From assembly GCA_963822585.1 (NCBI GenBank), contig CAWGIE010000019.1:249300-313299 (forward strand): DNA of 64,000 nt. Direction: 5' to 3'. The position numbers were made by a program, and so were the translations under genes. Under the pieces are notes generated by a model, which was given only the letters and a program-made list of their open reading frames with translations, had not been told where the DNA came from and did no database searches. How positions within the stretch are numbered: the first letter of the stretch is position 1; every line of letters begins with the position of its first letter. This document shows positions 1-9,779 of the stretch, piece after piece. Source of the stretch: an uncultured bacterium. GTDB taxonomy: Bacteria; Auribacterota; Erginobacteria; Erginobacterales; Erginobacteraceae.

Positions 1-815
1 ACTCGGCGTCGGGGTCACGCTTGATGTCGGCGTGGCCGATGGCGTCGGAGTCACACTGGGCGTCGGAGTGACGCTGGGTGTGGGTGTTACTGAAGGTGTC
101 GGCGTCACGCTCGGAGTCGGAGTAACGCTCGGAGTCGGTGTCGCGCTCGGTGTCGGGGTAACCGATGGAGTGGGTGTGACACTCGGCGTCGGGGTTACTG
201 AAGGTGTGGGCGTCACGCTCGGGGTCGGTGTAATTGAAGGCGTGGGGGTGACACTCGGGGTCGGAGTTATCGAAGGCGTCGGGGTCACCGACGGGGTCGG
301 CGTCACCGAAGGCGTCGGCGTCACGCTCGGGGTCGGTGTAATTGAAGGCGTGGGGGTGACGCTCGGGGTCGGAGTTATCGAAGGCGTCGGGGTCACCGAC
401 GGGGTCGGTGTCGGTGGAATTGAAGGCGTGGGGGTGACACTCGGGGTCGGAGTTATCGAAGGCGTCGGTGTCACCGACGGGGTCGGCGTAACCGAGGGCG
501 TTGGCGTCACACTCGGTGTCGGCGTAATCGAAGGCGTGGGGGTGACACTCGGGGTTGGAGTTACCGAGGGAGTCGGCGTCACTGACGGTGTCGGTGTGAT
601 CGAGGGCGTCGGTGTCACTGACGGTGTCGGCGTAATCGAGGGCGTGGGCGTAACGCTCGGAGTCGGTGTGACCGATGGCGTGGGCGTGACACTGGGTGTA
701 GGCGTAACTGAAGGCGTCGGCGGCATACTGGGTGTAGGCGTCACTGACGGGGTCACTGTCGGGGTGACACTCGGTGTCGGCGTCACGCTCGGGGTCGCCG
801 TCGGGGTCGCCGTCG
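1..815 (-). repeat. Tandem repeat with an 18-nt period that encodes the TPTPS(V/I) hexapeptide linker of the partial surface protein.
   Basis: Visible periodicity of ggcgtcgg(g/a)gt(c/g)ac(g/a)ct-type units. The minus-strand frame reads ...[20 protein letters not shown]... throughout. Confidence 0.85.
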
Positions 816-3033
816 CGCAGGGCTCTTGCCCTAAGTTGGCGCAGGAGCCGAGCAGGACCAGGGTCATCTCGTGACAGGTGATTCCCCGGTTCGGGTTGTT
901 GGTCGCGTACCGGATATACCCGGTATGGGTGTCGGCCGAGAAATCAACGCCCAAACCAAAAATACCGCCGCCGGCGTGATCCCCGGTCTGCTCGTAGAAG
1001 CGGCTTACCGTCTCGGAAACCGGGACCCCGTCCAGCGTGAGATCGAAAAATCCGTAGCGGTCGCCCGGCGCGCCGATATAGGTGCCGTGAGTACCGAAGT
1101 TGGAGGCGACGAAGATGTCGCTCCCGGTCTGAAGATTCAGCTCCGCCATGCTGGTCGCAACGTCTACCAGGGTGGTCGAGGTCGTGTCGTTGAAGGTCGT
1201 GGAGGCCGTCAGCGCCGCCGGCAGCTCCAGGCCGCCGGCTTCGGCGGTGCTCAGAGCGATCCCCAGCAGTGTCGCGTTCAGGGTCCGGATGGGTTTTGCC
1301 CCGTCATTCGTCCGGTGCTGTACGGTGACCGTATAGGTCCCCGCGCAAAGATTTTCGGTGAGCCCCTGCAGCACTACCTCCCCCAGATCGCCCGCATCGC
1401 TCAGGAAGCGATGCTGCTGGTCGACACCGACCGTCGTCCCGTCAACCTGGAGCCGCCAGTACCCGACTCGATCGCCGGCCCCGCCGGCCGCGTTCCCATC
1501 CGCGGCGCAGGAGACCAGGATCTTTCCCGGGATGTCCAGGGTCACGGTGCAGCTCAATCCGTCCACGTCTTCAAAGGAAGTACTGCTGGTCGTGTCCCCC
1601 GTCGCGTCAAGAACGTCCGTCCCATACTTGAACGTCGCCGATCCGTCCTCGATCGTCAGGTCGTAGGCCACCATGTCGGCATCGCGGGTGGCGATCTGAG
1701 GCTCGACCGTCCCGTCGGTCTTCTGACGGAGGCGCACGGTGTGGTTGCCGGGACTGACATTCTCAAATATGTTAACGACACCTAACAGGCCGAGGTCGTC
1801 GTCACCGCTGAGATAGCGGCCCAGGGTCTGGCTTGACCAGGTGTTGTCCATCCGCAGGTCCCAGAAACCGGTCTGGGGTTCCGTGGAACTGCCGGAATCG
1901 CAATCAAGGGAGACGAAGACGGCGATCGCGGTCGTGTCCGGCGCCCAGAGGGTCAGCTCCAGGCCGGTGTTGACGAAGGTGGTGGCGGCGGTAGCGTCGA
2001 TGGAGAGTGTACTGTGTTCCGTTCTCAGGCAGATCGTGCTCAATTCCGGCGTGGAGGAGGGAGAGGGGCTGGGCGTGACCGAGGGGGTGGGGTTCTCCGG
2101 CGAGGGGGATGGGGTGGGCGTCGTCCCGATCTGCACGCAGCCCTGGATGCTTTCATAGTCCGACCCCAGGGTCATGTGGTCGATTTCCGTCACGTACCGG
2201 GTCGGATCTCCCCCCACGTCGGTCTGGAACATCCAGATCCGGTTCCGCTGGTCGATATCGGAGGAGTTCTGTCCGGTGGTCCCCCAGAGAACGTTATTGC
2301 AGTCGAAGGTCAGCCCTTCCATGTCGTTCACGTCCTCCGAGTCGTCGGAGCGGCGCAGCCGTCCCACGTCGGTAGTGCTCCCGTCTGTCTTATCGATGAT
2401 GACCAGGCGGTCCTCGGCCCCGCTGTTGTTGTTGATGGCGTACATCACCGCGTCCGTGGAGCGGATGGCGATATCGTCGATGTCGTGAAGCGTCGGCCCC
2501 TGGTCCTCGATCACCAGGTAATCGGTGCCCGCACCCCAGGCGGCGCTGACGTGGGCGCCGGTGGCGTAGTTGACCTGGATCAGAAGATCGTCCAGATTGT
2601 CCCGCCGGACGTTGGCGTACATGATCGGCGGATCGGTCGTTTGATCAAATGCGGCGCCGTCCACGTCATCGAAGATGATGGTGCCCAGCGCGCCATTGCC
2701 GGTCCCCCATGTCGATGAGAGAGCGGAACCCACGCCGGTGATCTTGTTGACGATGTAGAGGCGGGGAGCGGTGCATCCGTACATGGTCTGGGTGATGAAG
2801 CTGCCGGCGGGATACGTCGTCATCCCCTCCATCGTGGAGGTCCCGATCCCGGTCCCGATCGCGGTCTCGCTTCCGGGGACGTCGACGTCGATCAGTGTCA
2901 GCAGATCATTGCCGGGAGGGCCCCCGCCGGTGTCCGCCACCAGGTAGAAATATTGATTCTGGGCCAGACCGGCAGTCGGCGCCAGCAGCGCCCCCGCCAG
3001 AAGGATGATCAGCCATCCGGATGTGATTCTCAT
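1..3033 (-). CDS. Large secreted protein, partial (C-terminus runs off the left edge). It has a signal peptide, beta-rich central domains and a C-terminal (TPTPS[VI])n array.
   Basis: It is absent from the ORF track because it has no stop codon inside the window. My own minus-strand translation from the ATG at 3033-3031 ([37 protein letters not shown]...) stays open for 1011 codons down to position 1. The plus-strand ORFs 32..874, 871..1785 and 2014..2718 are antisense shadows of it. Confidence 0.75.
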   Translation of the reverse strand, partial: MRITSGWLIILLAGALLAPTAGLAQNQYFYLVADTGGGPPGNDLLTLIDVDVPGSETAIGTGIGTSTMEGMTTYPAGSFITQTMYGCTAPRLYIVNKITGVGSALSSTWGTGNGALGTIIFDDVDGAAFDQTTDPPIMYANVRRDNLDDLLIQVNYATGAHVSAAWGAGTDYLVIEDQGPTLHDIDDIAIRSTDAVMYAINNNSGAEDRLVIIDKTDGSTTDVGRLRRSDDSEDVNDMEGLTFDCNNVLWGTTGQNSSDIDQRNRIWMFQTDVGGDPTRYVTEIDHMTLGSDYESIQGCVQIGTTPTPSPSPENPTPSVTPSPSPSSTPELSTICLRTEHSTLSIDATAATTFVNTGLELTLWAPDTTAIAVFVSLDCDSGSSTEPQTGFWDLRMDNTWSSQTLGRYLSGDDDLGLLGVVNIFENVSPGNHTVRLRQKTDGTVEPQIATRDADMVAYDLTIEDGSATFKYGTDVLDATGDTTSSTSFEDVDGLSCTVTLDIPGKILVSCAADGNAAGGAGDRVGYWRLQVDGTTVGVDQQHRFLSDAGDLGEVVLQGLTENLCAGTYTVTVQHRTNDGAKPIRTLNATLLGIALSTAEAGGLELPAALTASTTFNDTTSTTLVDVATSMAELNLQTGSDIFVASNFGTHGTYIGAPGDRYGFFDLTLDGVPVSETVSRFYEQTGDHAGGGIFGLGVDFSADTHTGYIRYATNNPNRGITCHEMTLVLLGSCANLGQEPCATATPTATPSVTPTPSVTPTVTPSVTPTPSMPPTPSVTPTPSVTPTPSVTPTPSVTPTPSITPTPSVTPTPSITPTPSVTPTPSVTPTPSVTPTPSITPTPSVTPTPSVTPTPSVTPTPSITPTPSVTPTPSIPPTPTPSVTPTPSITPTPSVTPTPSITPTPSVTPTPSVTPTPSVTPTPSITPTPSVTPTPSITPTPSVTPTPSVTPTPSVTPTPSVTPTPSATPTPSVTPTPSVTPTPSVTPTPSVTPTPSVTPTPSATPTSSVTPTPS

Positions 3034-3076
3034 GTTTTCCCCCCGTTATCCTTGATATTTATTCATGAAGAATGGT

Positions 3077-3487
3077 TTAACTTTTATCAGCTTTTATTGA
3101 AAGAACGCCTTCCCTTTCGTCCCCCAGCTTTTTCAAAAGGAGCGGGAGACGTTCGAGAAGGAGACTCTTCGGGATATACGTATAACCGAGCCGGTCCGTT
3201 TCCCGCCGGTATCGGTCATTATCATAAAGTGTGATCAGGATCACTTTTGTCCCGGGGAAACGTTCCTTCAACACCCCGGCCAGTTCCAGACCTCCCATTC
3301 CGGGCAGGCGGATATCGGCGATCATGAGCTGGGGAGGCTCTTCTTCCACCGCCGCCAGCGCCTTCTCCGCCGAGTCCGTCTCCGCGCTCACCCGGATGAA
3401 ATCGAATTGGGAGAGCAGTCCCCGAAGAAATTCCCGGAAGGCGGGATTGTCATCGATAATAATGGCGTTAAGTGCCTTTTCAGACAT
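3077..3487 (-). CDS. Stand-alone response regulator receiver (CheY-like REC) protein.
   Basis: 136 aa. It has IIIDDN at the N-terminus, the phospho-acceptor context LMIADIRLPGMGG, and no output domain. It ends 44 nt upstream of the surface-protein start at 3033. Confidence 0.85.
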   Translation of the reverse strand: MSEKALNAIIIDDNPAFREFLRGLLSQFDFIRVSAETDSAEKALAAVEEEPPQLMIADIRLPGMGGLELAGVLKERFPGTKVILITLYDNDRYRRETDRLGYTYIPKSLLLERLPLLLKKLGDEREGVLSIKADKS

Positions 3488-3835
3488 GTAGTCATTATGA
3501 CAGAGGGGGGAATTCTGTAAATCCCCCCCAAAGGGGGATTTTTCTAAAAAAGAAAAGATGAACGTTCAACATTCAACGTTCAACGTCGACACCCGATAAC
3601 CCATTTCCAAATGGATGAAGCGGATATCGAGTGCCTACTTGGATATTGGAGGTTGGCCATTGGAAATTGGAGATTCATTAAAAGTACGCGGCAGGGGAAC
3701 ATAATCAGTGCAATCTGTGAAAACTTGTGGTGAGCGAAGTCGAATCCATCTGTGGACTGAATAGGGGGCGCGGCGGGGGAACTTTTGCGGTTTTTGCGCC
3801 TTTTTGCGGCTAACAATAAAGGGGGGCCGGGTGGA

Positions 3836-4489
3836 TTATTCCGGGACGGGACCGAGACGCTCACGGTGGGCAAAGGCGATCAATTCGGAATGCTTGTGGA
3901 GTTGGAGCTTGCGCATGATATTCTTCCGATGGGTCTTGACCGTCTCCGCGCTGATGAAAAGCTTTTCCGCGATATCGCTCCGGGCAGCTCCGGCGGCAAT
4001 CAGGCTCAGGACCTGCCTCTCCCTCCCCGAGAGATCTTCCAGCCGGCTTTTTACGGCCTGCCGGCCGGACTCCATCAGTTCATCGGCCACGATCTCCCGG
4101 AGTTCCGGGCTGACGTAATGCTTCCCCTCCATTACCCGGTCGAGGGCGTCAACCAATTCGTCCACGGCCTCGCTTTTCAGAAGATACCCCGAAACGCCCA
4201 GACGCAGGGCGGAGACAACATATTTTTTCTCCCGGTGGATGGAGAGGATGAGAATCCTGACCCGGGGGAGAAACTTCCTGATCTGTGATACAGCCTCCAG
4301 GCCGTGCAGACCCGGCATCCCGATGTCCATGATGATCAGATCGGGCCGGTGCCGCCGCGCCTGCTCGACGGTCTCCAGGCCGTCACCCACCTGGGCGACG
4401 ATGGTATGGCTGGTATACTTGGTAATGACCGTCGCCAAGCCAGCCCGGACCACTTCATGGTCGTCGGCCAATAAGATCTTTTTAGGCAT
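3836..4489 (-). CDS. NarL/FixJ-family response regulator (REC domain plus LuxR-type HTH).
   Basis: 217 aa. Motifs: KILLADDHEVVRAGL, IIMDIGMPGLHGLE, and the C-terminal LSGRERQVLSLIAAGAARSDIAEKLFISAETVKTHRKNIMRKL. Confidence 0.9.
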   Translation of the reverse strand: MPKKILLADDHEVVRAGLATVITKYTSHTIVAQVGDGLETVEQARRHRPDLIIMDIGMPGLHGLEAVSQIRKFLPRVRILILSIHREKKYVVSALRLGVSGYLLKSEAVDELVDALDRVMEGKHYVSPELREIVADELMESGRQAVKSRLEDLSGRERQVLSLIAAGAARSDIAEKLFISAETVKTHRKNIMRKLQLHKHSELIAFAHRERLGPVPE

Positions 4490-4501
4490 TATAATTCATT
4501 C

Positions 4502-6493
4502 CTAGAGAGGGACTTCGGCCTCCAGAACCGTCCCCCCTTCCGGTTTCGTTTCTATCTTTAAAACGCCCCCCACCGAATCAAGCCGCTCGTGCATTCCCAA
4601 AATTCCCAGGTTGCCAATCTTCTTCTCTTGAGCAAAACCTTTCCCGTTATCAGAGATACTCAAGACTATCTTTCCGGTCGACTGCTTGATCCGAATCCTG
4701 ACAGCGGTCGCTCTTGAATGCCTGATAATGTTGGTCAAAGCCTCCTGGGCTACCCGGTAGAGAGTGAGCTCTTTCAGGGGGTCAATTCTCACCGGCAGCT
4801 TCCTCGGCGCAAACGTGATGTCAAGGCCGCTCAACTCAGTCAAGATGGCGACTTCGTTCTCGATGGCGGCGCTCAAGCCGAAGTCGTCCAGAATGTCCGG
4901 CCGGAGGCGGACGTAGATGCGGCGGGCGTCTTCCTGCGCCCTGTCCAGCAGACCGGTCGCCTTTTCCAGCCCCTCCAGCACCGACTCCTCCAAACCGGGA
5001 TGATCCCGGGTGAGCATTCTCAAGTGAAGCTTGACGGCGGCCAGGAGCTGCCCGATCTGGTCGTGCAACTCCCGGGAGATTCTCCTCCTCTCCTCTTCCT
5101 GAAAGTTGATCAACGACTCCGCCAGCTTTTTCAGCTGCTCGGCTTCCTTCGCTTTCTGGCGCTCGGTGATGTCGATCCCGTAAACGTTGATATAGTCTCC
5201 TTCCTGCACGGGGGCAAATGTCAGAAGAAGGAGGCGGTCGTCGCAGGTCATCTCGACTTCCCGGCGGGCGCCGGAGTTGAGGGCGTCAATCGTCAAACGG
5301 AACCATCTTCCGGGCAGCTTCCGGCCGACCCGGCAGCCCCAGGCCTTCAATACGGGGGAACTGGCCTGATTGGCGTATCGGACGGTGCCGTCTTTATCAA
5401 TCCTGAGAACGGGGTAGGGATTCTCGCTCGGGAATTTCGATAACTCGGCCAGTCTCTCTTCCGCCCGCTGCCGTGCCTGGACCATCCGCATATTATGCAG
5501 GGCAAAGGCGATATCCCCGGCAACCTCGGCAAAAAGCGATTTTTCGTCATCATCAGTAGTGATGTGTCCAGGGATGGACGCGGTCAGGACTCCGTATCGT
5601 TCATTTCCGTATTCCAGCCGGGTACTTATCCCTTTCCTTCCTTTGTATCCGCACGATAAGGGGCATTCGGGGCATTCCGAAAAAGGATCCCGGATGATGG
5701 TGATCCCGGGCCGGTTCAAAGCCCGGCGAAAACAGGAAGGATAATCCCCGTCTTTCAGCTTGTTCGCCAGCAGTGAGAATTTCCTGCCCAGGCCGGATTC
5801 AGCCCACCGCAGAAGATTGCCGTCATCATCGAGCAGCGCGATCCAGGCGTTTTTATAGCTCCGGGTCCTGACCAGGGCATCGCAGACCCCTTTCAACAAC
5901 CCGGCCTGGTCTTTTTCCCGGGCGATAACCTGGCCGACACCTTTGATAGCCCATAAAACGGCATTGAGGTGGTTGGTTCTTTCCTCCAGGCGATTACGTT
6001 CGGTGACGTCCCGCTGGATTGAGATGGAATGCAGAATCTTCTTATCCGCCCCTCTTACCGCGCTGCTGCTGAGGAGGACAGCCCGTTTCTCTCCTTTTTT
6101 TGAGATAATAACCAGTTTCTCGTCTCGCAACTTTCCGGTTTTTTTCCACTTCGCGAGGAGTCCCTTTATCTTTTTCAGCGACTCGGGAGCGTAAATCTTC
6201 CTGACCGCCTGCCCGACCAATTCTTCCTTTTTATACCCCAGCGCCCGGAGAGCGGCGCGGTTCGCATTCAGGATAATACCCTTCGGCGAAATCATGTAGC
6301 AGTAGGCCGGCGCCCCTTCGAAGAACAGCCGGAACCGTTCCTCGCTTTCCAGCAGCAGCCGGTTCGTGCGGTCGCATTCCTCCGCGATCTTCTCCAGTTC
6401 CGCGACCCGGCGACGGAGATAGGCTCGTTCGTCCGCAGGTATTTTTTTCCTAACAGTTATTTTCTTCATCGTTGTCTTGCTGCGCCATGCCAC
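4502..6493 (-). CDS. Cytoplasmic PAS/GAF sensor histidine kinase of the HisKA_3 (NarX/DegS-like) class.
   Basis: 663 aa. PAS-like segment SEERFRLFFEGAPAYCYMISPKG; H-box RRRISRELHDQIGQLLAAVK; HATPase_c motifs (ISDNGKGF, GILGMHERL). It lies 12 nt upstream of the NarL-type regulator. The start codon is uncertain (M1 or M9). Confidence 0.85.
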   Translation of the reverse strand: MAWRSKTTMKKITVRKKIPADERAYLRRRVAELEKIAEECDRTNRLLLESEERFRLFFEGAPAYCYMISPKGIILNANRAALRALGYKKEELVGQAVRKIYAPESLKKIKGLLAKWKKTGKLRDEKLVIISKKGEKRAVLLSSSAVRGADKKILHSISIQRDVTERNRLEERTNHLNAVLWAIKGVGQVIAREKDQAGLLKGVCDALVRTRSYKNAWIALLDDDGNLLRWAESGLGRKFSLLANKLKDGDYPSCFRRALNRPGITIIRDPFSECPECPLSCGYKGRKGISTRLEYGNERYGVLTASIPGHITTDDDEKSLFAEVAGDIAFALHNMRMVQARQRAEERLAELSKFPSENPYPVLRIDKDGTVRYANQASSPVLKAWGCRVGRKLPGRWFRLTIDALNSGARREVEMTCDDRLLLLTFAPVQEGDYINVYGIDITERQKAKEAEQLKKLAESLINFQEEERRRISRELHDQIGQLLAAVKLHLRMLTRDHPGLEESVLEGLEKATGLLDRAQEDARRIYVRLRPDILDDFGLSAAIENEVAILTELSGLDITFAPRKLPVRIDPLKELTLYRVAQEALTNIIRHSRATAVRIRIKQSTGKIVLSISDNGKGFAQEKKIGNLGILGMHERLDSVGGVLKIETKPEGGTVLEAEVPL

Positions 6494-6569
6494 AGAACAC
6501 AGTGCCTGCGGCGCTAACTTTTTGTTTCAGCAATGTCCCGGGATTGAATAGATGAAGTGATTATCCCCG

Positions 6570-6782
6570 AAGGTGATATCCGGTTATCAGTTTATCAGTG
6601 GGAAGAATACCGGGGTATCAGGTTATCAGGCGAGGCCGGCATCGCCATCTGATCTTCTGATAATCTGATCCCCTTCCTACTGATCTCCTGATTATCTGAT
6701 CCGCTTAAGCGGCTTGTATACTCCCCCCAATGGCTGAACAGACTTTAATTTAATCTTCATTTTTGAAATTCCGAAGCAGTAA
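6570..6782 (+). repeat. Copy A of a ~213-bp dispersed intergenic element built from 'TTATCAG/CTGATAA' words. Copy B is inverted at 18508..18722.
   Basis: Hand alignment of 6570-6782 to the reverse complement of 18508-18722 matches along the whole length with scattered substitutions. Confidence 0.85.
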
Positions 6783-6868
6783 ATGAGTGCAGGAGAAAAA
6801 GATACCATACCCCTCCCCCTGGATCAAAAAATATCTTTAAAGTTGACCATGCCTCCGGGATGTTTCAC

Positions 6869-6903
6869 TTGACAGGCAAGAAAGAGTGTGATTAGTATCT
6901 AAT
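6869..6903 (+). promoter_or_regulatory. Candidate sigma70-type promoter for the hybrid kinase gene.
   Basis: TTGACA followed 17-18 nt later by TAGTAT/TTAGTA. This implies a leader of about 200 nt before the ATG at 7110. The call rests on sequence pattern only. Confidence 0.4.
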
Positions 6904-7109
6904 ATTAAAATTTGGCATTTCAACAAGTTGGCTTCGCAACGGGGAGAGAGCGATCGTGGCCCGATTATCGGGGCTGGAAGCCCTGTCCCTTCTTCGGGGT
7001 GCGCCTCTGGCCCACAATACAGCTGTGTAAAGTGTCAGGATCTTTTTACACTTTCCACTTTAAATTTTACCCCACGTTGCGCCGCCGGCGCTAACTTTAC
7101 GGCACTCCC

Positions 7110-9431
7110 ATGACCACTGATAAAAATCGGGAGATTCTTGCCACCCAGGTCGGTCAGGTCTACCGGTATCAGCCGATCGGCTTCATCGCCAACATGGTTA
7201 ACTCCGCGATCCTGGTCTTCATCCAGTGGAAGGCCGTCTCCCACCGGGTGCTCTTGATCTGGTTCGGGGCCATGATCGTGGTAACGGGTCTCCGATACCT
7301 CTTCATTCTCAGATACAAGCACGCGGATGTCGCCCCCGCTCAATCACCCCGCTGGGAAGCCCTGTTTATAGGGGGCGTCTTGATCTCCGGTTCAATCTGG
7401 GGCGTGGCCGGGATACTATTCTTTCCCCCCGGCGATCTCGCCCGCCAGATCTTCACCGCCTTTGTTCTGGGCGGTATGGTAGCCGGCGCGGTAGGGGTTT
7501 ATTCCGCCCTGAAGAGAGCTTTCCTGGCCTTCACTCTTCCGGCCCTGATCCCGGTCGCCATCAGCTTCTTCTACATCGGAGATGCCGTTCACTTCACCAT
7601 GGGAGCGATGGTCATTCTTTTCGCGATCCTGATGTTCATGACCGCGGAACGCAATTATAAAATAAACGTGACTTCCCTGGAACTCACCTTGGAAAATAAA
7701 GATCTCGTCACATACCTGACCGCCGCCAAAGAAGAAACGGACAGCCTGAATATGAAACTCCGGTCTGAGATCGCGGAGAGAAAAATGGTTTCCGAGGAAC
7801 TGGAAAAACACCGGGGACGGCTGGAAGTCCTGGTTAAAGAACGGACGGACGATCTGCGAAGAGCGAATGAAGAACTGGAAGAAGCGGTGGTCGAGCTCAA
7901 GCAGACAACCGTGGCGCTCCGGGATTCGGAAGAAAAGTACCGCATGTTGGTCAATAATGCCAACGACGCCGTCTTTATCGCCCAGGACGGGGTAATCAAG
8001 TTCCCCAACCCCATGTTCAAGCAGGCCACGGGCTATTCCACCGAGGAAGCGAGCGCGATGCCTCTGGAGAACCTGATTCACCCAGATGATCGGGCACTGG
8101 TCGGGGAAAGGTATCTGAAGAGATTGAGGGGGGAGGACGTCCCCGGAATATACTCTTTCCGGATTATTACGAAAAGCGGGGAAGAAAGATCCGTCAGCAT
8201 CAACGCCGTCCGCATTATCTGGGAAGGCCGCCCGGCGGCGCTCTACTTCGCCCGGGATATCACCGAGACGATAAAACTGGAGAAGAGACTCCAGACGGCC
8301 CAGAAGATGGAGGCGGTCGGTATCCTGGCCGGCGGGGTCGCCCATGACTTCAATAACCTCCTCATGAGCATCCAGGGAAATATCTCCCTCCTCCTTCACG
8401 ATCTCGATCCGGACCATCCCTCCCGTGAGATGCTGAGCGAGGTCGAGCAGAGCATCGAGAGCGGCGAACAGCTGACCAGGCAGCTGCTCGGATTCGCCCG
8501 GGGAGGGAAGTACGAGCTTTCGACCATCGACCTGAATGAAATCGTTTCCCGGACGGCGTCCCTCTTCGGGCGGACAAAAAAAGAGATCCGGATACACCAA
8601 AAGCTCCAGGAAGGACTCCGGGCGGCGGAAGCCGACCGGAGTCAGATCGAGCAGGTTCTTTTAAACCTGTACATCAATGCCGGGCAGGCGATGCCCGGCG
8701 GTGGAGAGCTGTACCTGGAAACGGAAAACGTTGATTTCCCGACCGCGGAGGCGAGCGTTCACGGGATCGAACCGGGACGGTACGTCAAAATATCCGTGAC
8801 CGACACCGGAGCCGGTATTAAAAAAGAGCATCTGGAAAAAATATTCGATCCGTTTTTCACCACCCGGGAAAAGACGCGGGGGATCGGGCTCGGCCTTGCC
8901 TCCTCCTACGGCATCATCCAGAATCACCACGGGACCATCACCATCCGCAGCGAGATCGAGCATGGCACCACCTTCAACATCTATCTTCCTGTATCGGAGA
9001 AAAAAGCCCGGACGAAAAAACCGGCATCGGAAACCATATCCCCGGGATCGGGAACCGTTCTTCTGGTGGATGACGAAGAGCGCATCATCCGCCCGGTCAT
9101 GCGATATCTGCAATACATCGGCTTTGAGGTGATACCAGCCGGCGGGGGCGAGGAGGCGCTCCGAATTTACCGGGAAAAAGGAGAGACGGTGGATATCGTT
9201 ATGCTGGATATGGTGATGCCGGGGCTGAGCGGCGGCAAAACCTACGATGTTCTGAGAGAGATCAACCCGGACGTGAAGGTCCTCCTCTGCAGCGGCTACA
9301 GCGCCGACGGGGAAGCCGCCCGGATACTGAAGAGCGGACGCCACGGCTTCATCCAGAAACCGTTCACCACTGAACAACTCTCCCGGAAACTGGAAGAAAT
9401 CCTTCATCCTCCGGTTCCCATGGATGAATAG
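7110..9431 (+). CDS. Membrane-bound hybrid sensor histidine kinase / response regulator (multi-TM N-terminus, PAS, HisKA, HATPase_c, REC).
   Basis: 773 aa. About 5-6 hydrophobic helices at the N-terminus; PAS segment ([19 protein letters not shown]); H-box [16 protein letters not shown]; C-terminal REC (VLLVDDEE...[12 protein letters not shown]...KPF). Confidence 0.9.
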   Translation: MTTDKNREILATQVGQVYRYQPIGFIANMVNSAILVFIQWKAVSHRVLLIWFGAMIVVTGLRYLFILRYKHADVAPAQSPRWEALFIGGVLISGSIWGVAGILFFPPGDLARQIFTAFVLGGMVAGAVGVYSALKRAFLAFTLPALIPVAISFFYIGDAVHFTMGAMVILFAILMFMTAERNYKINVTSLELTLENKDLVTYLTAAKEETDSLNMKLRSEIAERKMVSEELEKHRGRLEVLVKERTDDLRRANEELEEAVVELKQTTVALRDSEEKYRMLVNNANDAVFIAQDGVIKFPNPMFKQATGYSTEEASAMPLENLIHPDDRALVGERYLKRLRGEDVPGIYSFRIITKSGEERSVSINAVRIIWEGRPAALYFARDITETIKLEKRLQTAQKMEAVGILAGGVAHDFNNLLMSIQGNISLLLHDLDPDHPSREMLSEVEQSIESGEQLTRQLLGFARGGKYELSTIDLNEIVSRTASLFGRTKKEIRIHQKLQEGLRAAEADRSQIEQVLLNLYINAGQAMPGGGELYLETENVDFPTAEASVHGIEPGRYVKISVTDTGAGIKKEHLEKIFDPFFTTREKTRGIGLGLASSYGIIQNHHGTITIRSEIEHGTTFNIYLPVSEKKARTKKPASETISPGSGTVLLVDDEERIIRPVMRYLQYIGFEVIPAGGGEEALRIYREKGETVDIVMLDMVMPGLSGGKTYDVLREINPDVKVLLCSGYSADGEAARILKSGRHGFIQKPFTTEQLSRKLEEILHPPVPMDE

Positions 9432-9466
9432 ACGGCAGTGTACAATCGCGGTCAGAAGGTAAAAAG

Positions 9467-9762
9467 GGGCTTAACCCGATTTATTCATAAATCGGGTTAG
9501 TTTTGAACCATGACCAAGCTTAAATGAACATCCATACGAAAAGATACTAATTTTATCAAATTCTCCGGCAATGAATTACAGCCAAAGGTCTGCTGCTACC
9601 GGCAGCGTTACCAGGAAGAATAACACGTTGTCCTTGCGGAGAAGAAAAAGCAGAGTGCTGTCGCCGTATAAACAAGATTACTATTCATAATATATTGAAC
9701 GACAATTAGTAACCTGGATTATTCATGAAAATTTTCAATTTTCATGAATAATCCAGGTTAAG
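9467..9762 (+). repeat. Copy 1 of a 296-bp dispersed non-coding element bounded by two hairpins. Copy 2 is direct at 56422..56717.
   Basis: The 5' hairpin is 9473-9498 (11-bp stem) and the 3' hairpin is 9711-9759 (23-bp perfect stem). It aligns collinearly to 56422-56717. No ORF longer than about 15 codons is present on either strand. Confidence 0.85.
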
Positions 9763-9779
9763 CAGTTATACTTGATCCC

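Noticed and set aside
1-815. Could the regular tandem repeats here and at 19689-19860 be CRISPR arrays?
   Set aside because: The units are 18 and 24 nt long and directly abut one another with no spacers. They lie in frame inside coding sequence for Pro/Thr linkers. No cas genes are present in the window.
32-2718. Plus-strand ORFs 32..874 ([12 protein letters not shown] repeats), 871..1785, 2014..2718 and others.
   Set aside because: They are antisense to a continuous 1011-codon minus-strand frame with a signal peptide and sensible domain content. The Gly/Val repeat is the reverse reading of the TPTPSV codons. High GC content suppresses stop codons in the wrong frames.
3580-3873. The 97-aa minus-strand ORF in the spacer between the two response regulator genes.
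   Set aside because: It is composed entirely of translated word repeats (GCAAAAG, ATTGGA and GTTGAACG modules) that also occur non-codingly elsewhere. It overlaps the end of the NarL-type gene.
6905-7109. The ~200-nt leader upstream of the hybrid kinase as a possible riboswitch (for example c-di-GMP).
   Set aside because: I could not match any riboswitch consensus by eye. Only generic hairpins are present (gtgtaaa/tttacac and the TTGCGCC/GGCGCTAA palindrome).
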